Assembly (NCBI GenBank): GCA_963718615.1
Contig: OY970368.1
Location: 1,312,001-1,376,000, forward strand
Direction of reading: 5' to 3'
DNA from: an uncultured cyanobacterium
Lineage (GTDB): Bacteria > Cyanobacteriota > Cyanobacteriia > PCC-9006 > JAAUQQ01
DNA length: 64,000 bases
Part shown: positions 27,656 through 36,000 of the stretch, piece by piece
Layout: every line of letters begins with the position of its first letter
Position numbering within the stretch: position 1 is the first letter of the stretch
Notes under the pieces: model-generated
Told to the model about the DNA's origin: nothing
Seen by the model: the letters and a program-made list of their open reading frames with translations, nothing else
Databases searched by the model: none
Translations under genes and position numbers: made by a program

Positions 27656-29749
27656 ATGGTTCGTGCTTCATCGTTTGATGTTTTTGACACCGTTTTGACT
27701 CGGAGTGTCGGTTCGCCAGAGTCCAGTTTTTTGTTACTGGGTAAGCAGTTACAAGGGCGATCGCTCATTTCCTGCACGGCAGAAGCCTTTGCCCGGATCC
27801 GTCGCGATGCCGAACAGCGGGCCTTTGCCAATGGCGGTGGGCTGGATTCCTCGGTGGACCTCCGCCAAATCTATGAAGAAGTGGGGTTTGTGCTGCGGCT
27901 CACTGCCGCAGAGCAGATGCAACTGTTAGAGGCGGAACTTGCGCTAGAGCGATCGCTGTTGCAACCGGTGCCTGCGGCCCAGGATTTACTAAAAGCGGCC
28001 CGTGCCCGAGGCGAACAGATTTTGTTTGTGTCGGATATGTATGTGGGCACAGAATTTGTTCAGGACATGCTGCAACGGCATGGGTTGGCTCAAGCGGGCG
28101 ATCGCATCTACGTCTCCTGTGACCATGCCCAATCCAAGCAATCCCAGCGATTGTATGGGCTCATGCTTCAGCAGGAAGGTCTAGCCCCAGGGGACGTTAC
28201 TCACTGCGGCAATAATGCCTGGGCCGATGTCAAAATGGCTCACCGTAGCGGTCTTCTGACCCATCCCTTTGACCAGGGGAACCTCAATCGCTACGAAGAG
28301 ATCTTAGAAGCCCATGCCTGGAAAACCGAGGGTCTTTCTTCTGCCTTGGCGGGGGCCTCGCGTTTGGCTCGGCTGTCTCGGCCCGTGGCCTCGGACCATG
28401 AGCGGGCATTGCGAGATGTGGCGGCGAGTGTGGCTGCTCCTTTTTTGGTGGGCTTCACGCTGTGGGTGCTCAAACGCGCCAAAAAGCTGGGGTTGAAGCG
28501 GCTGTATTTCTTGGCTCGGGATGGGCAGGTTTTGTTGGCGATCGCCCGTCGTCTGATCAAAAAGTTCGATTTTGATTGCGAGCTGCACTATCTCTACGGC
28601 AGTCGGCAGGCTTGGCTGCTGCCGAGTCTGACCCAGGTCAACGAAGAGAGTTTGGCCAATATTTTCCCGGTAGATGTGGATGTCGATCTGTTATCCATTC
28701 GGGTCCTACTGGCCAGATTTCAGCTGCAGCCGGAGGAAATCGCGGACTGTCTGCTTGGCCTAGGGCTCACCCCCAGCGATTGGGATCGGCAATTAACGCC
28801 CACAGAACACCGGGCCTTGCGCCATCAGTTTTTAACCCCCGGTCCGGTCCAAGATCAGGTCTTGGCCAAGGCAGCGGCAGCGCGCCAACTGCTGAAAACC
28901 TATCTCCAGGATGTCGGCGTTTTGAGCGGTCAACCCATGGGCTTAATTGATCTGGGGACCGGCGCAACGCTCTTCCATGCCCTGTCTGCCCTCTGCGCCA
29001 GCGAGAAAATCAGATCGCCCCACGGGTTTTACCTCGGGCTACGGCAGGGGGTCAAGGCTTCTCGATTTGGCATGCCAGAGGTTTATCTTCAGGATCAGCG
29101 TCGCAACCTCGGCTTTACGGATGCCCAGGGATTGGTGACCATGCTAGAGACCTTCTGTAGCGCGGATCATGGCTCTGTCATTGGCTATCGCCTCGTGAAC
29201 GAGTCTTCGGAGCTTGCGGCACTGGGCAACGTCAGGCGTGTCGAGCCTATTTTCACAGAACCCCAAAACCAACGAGTACTCGATTGGGGATATGACCTCG
29301 TTCGCGAAACCATTTATGCCGTGGCCGATCGCCTGCTGCTCGATCCCGCACTGCTCAATCCCGAAGCAACCCTCTGCGGGGCCTGCCTCGATCTTTTCAA
29401 CGTCTTTTGGAACCACCCCACTCGCTCAGAGAGCATTGCCTGGGGTTCGTTTCCCATGGAGGATGGCTGGGGCAAGGAAGCGGTGTCTATTCCTTTGGCG
29501 ATGGCCTATGGTTGGGCAGATTTAGCCAAGCGTCACCATCGCCGTCATTGGTGGCATGGGGCAGCCCTCGCCCAAAGCGCTAGGCCGATCCAGTGGGCCT
29601 TCTGGATTCGGATTCGGGTGGAGAAGCAGCTCAAAGCCCTTAAACAGCGGCTACAGGCGGAGCAAAAGCGGCGTCAGGGGGCGATCGCCCTCTCCCAGAA
29701 CCGTTCTTCTTCCCTGGCGTTTAATCCATCACCGCCCTATCGAGAATAA
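27656..29749 (+). CDS. HAD-superfamily hydrolase of the type found in polysaccharide loci
   Basis: SFDVFDTVL, VSDMY, HCGNNAWADV, LYFLARDG. Confidence 0.8.
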   Translation: MVRASSFDVFDTVLTRSVGSPESSFLLLGKQLQGRSLISCTAEAFARIRRDAEQRAFANGGGLDSSVDLRQIYEEVGFVLRLTAAEQMQLLEAELALERSLLQPVPAAQDLLKAARARGEQILFVSDMYVGTEFVQDMLQRHGLAQAGDRIYVSCDHAQSKQSQRLYGLMLQQEGLAPGDVTHCGNNAWADVKMAHRSGLLTHPFDQGNLNRYEEILEAHAWKTEGLSSALAGASRLARLSRPVASDHERALRDVAASVAAPFLVGFTLWVLKRAKKLGLKRLYFLARDGQVLLAIARRLIKKFDFDCELHYLYGSRQAWLLPSLTQVNEESLANIFPVDVDVDLLSIRVLLARFQLQPEEIADCLLGLGLTPSDWDRQLTPTEHRALRHQFLTPGPVQDQVLAKAAAARQLLKTYLQDVGVLSGQPMGLIDLGTGATLFHALSALCASEKIRSPHGFYLGLRQGVKASRFGMPEVYLQDQRRNLGFTDAQGLVTMLETFCSADHGSVIGYRLVNESSELAALGNVRRVEPIFTEPQNQRVLDWGYDLVRETIYAVADRLLLDPALLNPEATLCGACLDLFNVFWNHPTRSESIAWGSFPMEDGWGKEAVSIPLAMAYGWADLAKRHHRRHWWHGAALAQSARPIQWAFWIRIRVEKQLKALKQRLQAEQKRRQGAIALSQNRSSSLAFNPSPPYRE

Positions 29750-29845
29750 CCGCCCCGAGATTAACGGCCCTGACCCTCAGCAGCCTGTGGCAAGACCGTC
29801 ATCCCATTGCCATGGCAACGTCATATCTCGCCGTTATGCTGGTGA

Positions 29846-29898
29846 GTGTTCATACTTCTCACACACCACGGGTCAGGGGAATTTCCCCTGGCTTTTTT
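29846..29898 (+). ncRNA. Candidate Yfr1-like small RNA
   Basis: TATGCT -10 element at 29835-29840; ACTTCTCACAC at 29854-29864 (one mismatch to the Yfr1 motif ACTCCTCACAC) followed by a terminator. Confidence 0.45.
29871..29898 (+). terminator. Rho-independent terminator
   Basis: ggtcagggga-att-tcccctggct hairpin followed by a T tract. Confidence 0.75.
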
Positions 29899-29983
29899 GT
29901 GGCTGGATTCTGGTCGGGTTGCGCTACAGTGACAGCGATATGTAATGGTGTAACTCGTTGTGTAATTCAAGGATCGCTTAACC

Positions 29984-31780
29984 GTGCGTCGCTGGTTTTT
30001 GCTTAACTGGTTTTGGCTTCAACGGATTCAAGGCTGGGTCGCCCTGCCGCATCAACCTCAACGAAAAGCTTTTCGACCCAGCGTCCTCTTGGTTGCGGGA
30101 CTGGGCTGTTTCCTGGTCATGGCGATCGAGACGGCTCCTGGCTGGACCCAATTACCGTCTCCGACTCCCCCAGTTCCTCAAAACCCACCGATTCCTGCTT
30201 CTAGTAGCCCTGACTCTAGCTCTAGCAGTCCCGCACTCTCGGTTTCCAATACCCTGTTGAATTCCTTTTGGCGCGTTCCCAATCCCACTGCATCTTTGGC
30301 AACGGAATGGATTCGGCTGGATGGAACTCGGATTTTTCAAATTGCAGGGCTCAGTAATAATTTGCCCGAACGTCAGCAGCAGGTTCAGGCGAATTTGCAA
30401 CGCATTGCCCAAGCTTATTTTCGCGATCGCGACGCCGATCTCCAAGTCCAAATTCAAGAATCCGAGGGCCAACCCGTCCTGCGGGTTAATGACAGCTATT
30501 TGCTGACGGTCACGGCCTACGATGCCCAGCTCCGGGGGATCGAGCAACAGGATTGGGCCACGGAACTTCAGACGATTTTGGAGCGATCGCTGGTCCAAGC
30601 CAAACAAGCTCGGCAGCGTCCAGCGTTGATTGAACAGGGTAAAAAAGCTGCTGTTTTGTTCGTGACAATTCTCATTGGCAGCTTTGTTCTAGAAAACTAT
30701 AAACAACAACTACAACGTCGCCCGGTTTCCCTGGGAGATCCGGAACAACCCCTCTCGTTGCTTCAACGATGGCGACTCAATCAGGGCAGACTGCGCACGC
30801 TTAAACAGCAATTGATTCAAACCAGCCAAACCGCCCTTTGGATCGGGGGATGGCTCTATGGACTATCTTTATTTCCCTACACCCGCCCCATGGCCGTTTG
30901 GCTCGCGGTCAGTTTGCGTATTCCGCTGGTGATCAGTGCGGTTTTAGCCGGGGTTTATATTTTAGTGCGGTTGAGTCATTTGTTAGTTGATCGCTTTAGT
31001 TTAGCCCTGAGTAGCAATCCCCTTTTGGCGAGAGGGCCATTGGAACGAGCCCATCAGCGGATCAATACCATTGCTCGGGTAATCAAAGGTCTAACGGTTT
31101 TGCTGATCGCCAGTACAGGGATTATTATTACGCTTCTTATTTTAGGCATTGATATCGGTCCCCTCCTAGCCGGTGCAGGCCTTTTAGGCGTCGCGATTTC
31201 CCTTGCATCCCAAAACGTCATTAAAGACGCGATTAATGGATTTTTGATTGTCCTAGAAGATCAATATGGCGTCGGCGATATTGTGCAAATTGGCGAATGG
31301 ACTGGTTTAGTTGAAGATCTAAATCTGCGCATTACCCAATTGCGAAACTCTGAAGGTAAGCTGATTTCAATTCCCAACAGCGAAGTCAAGATCGTTGCTA
31401 ATCTATCGAGTAATTGGGCGAGGGTTGATCTGAATATTCCGGTACCCTATGAAGTTAACTTAGAAAAAGCACTGGATCTGATTCAAACGACGGCGATCGC
31501 CCTCAGCCAAGAAGAACCTTGGTCTAACCTGATTTTGGAAGAACCACAGCTCATGGGTGTTGAAGACTTTAGCGAACGCGGTTTAGTCATTAAACTATGG
31601 ATCAAAACCCAGCCGCTCAAGCAATGGGAAGTCGCTCGAGAATACCGACGTCGACTCAAGCGTAGCTTTGATGAGGCCGGTATTGAAATTCCAGCTCAGC
31701 AGCGATCGCTCTGGTATCACATGCCACCCTTGGAAGAGATTCAAGTTTTAAATGCTAAAACCGATGCTGGACAAACGTGA
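29984..31780 (+). CDS. MscS family mechanosensitive channel with periplasmic N-terminal domain
   Basis: LLAGAGLLGVAISLASQNVIKDAING..EDQYGVGD..GLVEDLNLRITQLR; start uncertain. Confidence 0.9.
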   Translation: MRRWFLLNWFWLQRIQGWVALPHQPQRKAFRPSVLLVAGLGCFLVMAIETAPGWTQLPSPTPPVPQNPPIPASSSPDSSSSSPALSVSNTLLNSFWRVPNPTASLATEWIRLDGTRIFQIAGLSNNLPERQQQVQANLQRIAQAYFRDRDADLQVQIQESEGQPVLRVNDSYLLTVTAYDAQLRGIEQQDWATELQTILERSLVQAKQARQRPALIEQGKKAAVLFVTILIGSFVLENYKQQLQRRPVSLGDPEQPLSLLQRWRLNQGRLRTLKQQLIQTSQTALWIGGWLYGLSLFPYTRPMAVWLAVSLRIPLVISAVLAGVYILVRLSHLLVDRFSLALSSNPLLARGPLERAHQRINTIARVIKGLTVLLIASTGIIITLLILGIDIGPLLAGAGLLGVAISLASQNVIKDAINGFLIVLEDQYGVGDIVQIGEWTGLVEDLNLRITQLRNSEGKLISIPNSEVKIVANLSSNWARVDLNIPVPYEVNLEKALDLIQTTAIALSQEEPWSNLILEEPQLMGVEDFSERGLVIKLWIKTQPLKQWEVAREYRRRLKRSFDEAGIEIPAQQRSLWYHMPPLEEIQVLNAKTDAGQT

Positions 31781-31825
31781 CTAAAATCTTCACTAAAATC
31801 TTCAAGGATGACCCATGCTTTAGCC

Positions 31826-32428
31826 CTAAACGCGATGTTTCATCATCTGGGCAGGCAGCAATTGAGGCAATCCCTCCCTCTGAGGTTCAGACCAGTAGCT
31901 GAGCCGCCAATCTTGAGTGGCAGCGAAAGTTGTTTCGTCCCAACTCAAGACACCAACGGGCAACTGCGTGAGTTGATGAAACTGAGCAAAGAGGGCTTGT
32001 TCTTCTAGGGCAGAAGTGGTTCTTTCTCGATAAAACAAAACAGGAATTGAGGCCAAACCTGAGGGGCGACACCGTTTCCACAGGGCCAAATAGGGCCGGT
32101 AATGTAACAATGTAGCTAAAGTGATGCAAGTATTGCCGATCAGACAACAGCCTGGATCACCCTGGACTAATAGATGGATGCTTGAAACAGAATGCAGCTT
32201 GTCCAAAATGGCTGTAATTTGCAGAAGACCATCTTGATTGCGCGCCAGCTCGATGCCAACCATATCAGGCCAAGCACTATCCTCTAGATCGATTGAGCCT
32301 TGTATTCTCGAATCCACAAAGACAATTGGGATTGGGTGGGTGGCAGGCTCTGGCAAGACGGGTTTGTGGGCTGGTGCCGCTAAGACATTACGCCAGCTTT
32401 GCAAGGTATTTATCCGTAGAAACTGCAT
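31826..32428 (-). CDS. Stand-alone DUF4347-domain protein
   Basis: IVFVDSRI..L..NQDGLLQITAIL..SIHLLVQGDPG..IGN..DWRLSY. Confidence 0.65.
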   Translation of the reverse strand: MQFLRINTLQSWRNVLAAPAHKPVLPEPATHPIPIVFVDSRIQGSIDLEDSAWPDMVGIELARNQDGLLQITAILDKLHSVSSIHLLVQGDPGCCLIGNTCITLATLLHYRPYLALWKRCRPSGLASIPVLFYRERTTSALEEQALFAQFHQLTQLPVGVLSWDETTFAATQDWRLSYWSEPQREGLPQLLPAQMMKHRV

Positions 32429-32813
32429 GGGAGAAGGAGCTCTTAAACGAGGAATGCTTTAGCCTGAGCGAGGGAAAGAAGCCCATCGATAAATTGACTC
32501 TAAATTGACTCATTTAAGCGACGCTAAAGTCAATTCGATTGTCACAATACCTTGATGATGTCATTCATTCTTCAAGACATCGCTGCAAGACATCACTGAG
32601 AAGAATTGAGATTATAACCAGACTGCATTCCTGATGCTCCTTCAAACCGTAGCATTTGCTAACATAGTTTTCTTTTTGCAAAATAAATTGTGATGAATCC
32701 AATTGTTTTGTTACGGTTTGCAGTAATCCAATGCCTCCCATGTCTCCAATGCCTCCCATGTCAGTCATGGTCATAAACGGCAATCTTGTGTGGATTTTAT
32801 AAAGAAACAAGAG

Positions 32814-32843
32814 TTTAAAGTGGACTTAACAAACTCTTAAGCT
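32814..32843 (+). promoter_or_regulatory. Pho box (SphR/PhoB site)
   Basis: TTTAAAGT-gga-CTTAACAA-act-CTTAAGCT: three YTTAA repeats with 11-bp period upstream of the phosphatase gene. Confidence 0.7.
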
Positions 32844-33007
32844 TCCCGTGGGACGCTGGTTGCGAAAAACTACTGATCCTTACGAAATAAAAGCTTCAGC
32901 TCGCTGAGTTGATCGAAACAGGGTTGGGTGTGCATTGAGCCAAATCTTTCAGAGCGATCGCCTTGCGCGACTCAACACTTTACCCATTTCCGATTCCCCC
33001 CAATACC

Positions 33008-36000
33008 ATGTCACTTTTGCTTAATCCCATTGGAACCTACGCCAGCGGCGCATTTGATCAAGGCGCAGCGGAGATCAATGCGTTTGATCCCCTTTCTCAG
33101 CGTTTGTTTGTGGTGAATGCCCAGACGGTAACCGTCGATATTTTAGATTTGAGTGACCCGACTCTTCCCACTAAACTGGGCACCATTGATGCGACGTCCT
33201 ATGGGGGCGTGGCCAATAGCGTGGCCGTGAAAAATGGAATAATTGCCGTTGCGATCGAAGCCAATACCAAGACCGATCCAGGGCAAGTGGTGTTTTTCGA
33301 AGCCAGCACCGGTAATTTTCTAAAGGCTATCACCGTCGGGGCTTTGCCCGATATGGTGACGTTTACGCCGGATGGAACCAAGGTTTTGGTGGCCAACGAA
33401 GGCGAGCCAGGATCTATGGATCCCGTGGGTTCAATCAGTATTATTGATTTATCCTCGGGCGTCGCCAGCGCGACGGTTCAAACCGCTGGGTTTGACAATT
33501 TTATCGGACAGGAAGCCAGCTTGCGAAGTCAGGGCGTGCGGATCTTCCCCAATAAAACCGCTGCTGAGGACTTCGAACCCGAGTATATTTCGGTTTCGCC
33601 CGATGGAACCAAGGCGTTTGTCACGCTACAGGAAAACAATGCGGTTGCTGTAGTCGATATTGCCAGCGCCACGGTGACGGAGATTCAGCCCCTCGGCACG
33701 AAGGATCATAGCCAGCCCGGAAATGGGTTAGATGCGAGCGATCGCGACAACGCCATCAATATCGTCAACTGGCCAGTTTCGGGGTTGTATATGCCCGATG
33801 CGATCGCCAGCTTTTCCGCCAACGGCCAAACCTACTACATCACCGCCAACGAAGGGGATGCCCGCAATGAAGATGTCCGAGTCAAGGATTTGACGCTCGA
33901 TCCGACGGTTTTTTCCGATGCCGCCATTTTGCAGGAAGATGCCATTCTGGGTCGCCTGACGGTATCGAGTCTTGATGGAGATCCCGATGGCGATGGCGAT
34001 TACGATCAGCTGTATAGCTACGGTTCCCGCTCCTTCAGCATTTGGGATGCCTCGGGCAATCAGGTTTACGACAGCGGCGATGCCTTTGAGCGGATCACAG
34101 CGGAGCGTTTCCCGACCCACTTCAACGCCAGCAATACCAATACCACCTTGGATAACCGCAGCGATGATAAAGGGCCTGAACCAGAAGGCGTTACCCTGGG
34201 CCAAATTGACGGGCGGACCTATGCCTTTATCGGTCTAGAACGCATTGGCGGCGTCATGGTCTACGACGTCACTGACCCGGCAAAGGCAGCGTTCGTCGAC
34301 TATTTCAACAATCGTGATTTTAGTGAATCTCCAGAACTGGCGTCAGGGGTCTCGAACCCAGCAGCGTTGGATTCCGGTCCCGAAGGACTCACGTTTATCA
34401 GCGCCGAGGACAGCCCCAATGGCACGCCGTTGCTCGTGGTTTCCAATGAAATCAGCGGGACGACGACGGTTTACGAAGTCAAGCCCAAAACCTTTACTCT
34501 ACAACTGCTCCATGCTTCGGACCAGGAAGGTGGAATTGCGGCCTTGGACGATGCACCGAATTTTTCAGCGGTGCTCAATGCCCTCGCGAACCAGGATCAG
34601 GATGGCGACGGTAACGCCGACTATGTCAACACCCTGCGACTGTCCTCAGGGGATGCTTATATTCCTGGCCTGTTTCTTGATGCTTCGGCGGATCCTTCCC
34701 TTGCGCCCTTGTTGGGAGCAACAGGTAAAGGTCGGGCGGATATTTTGATTCAAAATGAGTTGGGATTTGAGGCGATCGCCTTCGGCAACCACGAATTCGA
34801 CCTGGGCACCGGCCTAGTTCAATCGGTGCTCACAGCGGATGGCAACTATCCCGGCGCTGCCTTTCCCTATCTCAGTTCCAACCTCAACTTTAGACCCGAT
34901 GCCAACCTTGCGCCCTTGGTGACTCTCGATGGTCAAGAAGCCAGCACGATTCCCGGCAAAATTGCCAAGAGTGCGATCGTCACGGTCAACGGTGAACCCA
35001 TCGGGATTGTCGGCGCAACCACGCCAACCCTAGGCACCATCTCTAGCCCTGGCGATGTTGGTGTTAGCCCTTTTCCCTTTGGCGGCTCTCCTAGTTCCGC
35101 TGAACTCGATGCCTTGGCCGCAGAGATTCAGACCACGGTCGATGCTCTATTGGCTGCAAATCCGGCGTTGAACAAAGTGATTTTGTTGGCCCACATGCAG
35201 CAGATTGGCATTGAACAGGAGTTGGCTCAGCGCCTGCGCAATGTCGATATCATTATGGCGGGTGGCTCGAATACGCGCTTGGTGGATAGTGATGATCGCC
35301 TTCGGGCCGGGGACACGGCTCAAGGGGTTTATCCGATTGTTCAAACCGATGCTGATGGCAAGCCGGTGGCGATCGTCAACACCGATGGCAATTACAAATA
35401 TGTCGGTCGGTTGGTGATTGACTTTGATGCCAACGGCAATATCATTCCCGAAAGCTATAACCCCAGCATCAGCGGAGCCTATGCAACGGATGCCGCAGGC
35501 GTTGCCGCAGTCGGAGGAACTCCAGACCCGGAAATCGTCGCCATTACCGATGCCCTGCGAGAGGTCATTACCCGTCTTGATAGCAACTTCTTTGGGGTCA
35601 CCGATGTTTTTCTCAATGGCAATCGGGCCGGGGGCGGTACCGATGGGGTGCGCAATCAGGAGACCAATTTGGGAAATTTAACCGCCGATGCGAATTTGGC
35701 GATCGCCCAACAAGTCGACCCCACCGTTGTGATTTCCCTCAAAAATGGCGGCGGTGTCCGCGCCAGCATTGGCCGCATCGAAACCCCAACCGGAGCCGTG
35801 GAGCCGGAGCGGCTCCCCCCCGCAGGCAATGACCTCACCGGCAAGCCCGAAGGTGGGATTTCGCAAATCGATGTACAGAATACGCTGGCGTTCAACAATG
35901 GGTTGAGTTTGGTCACCGTCACCGCAGTGGAGCTCAGGACGTTAATTGAGTACGGCATTGCGGCCAGTACCCTAGACCCGGCCAGTGCTGAAGGGCGTTT

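Noticed and set aside
29812-30006. 64-aa ORF between the HAD gene and mscS
   Set aside because: Runs through a terminator hairpin and has no recognisable motif; the sRNA/terminator reading fits better
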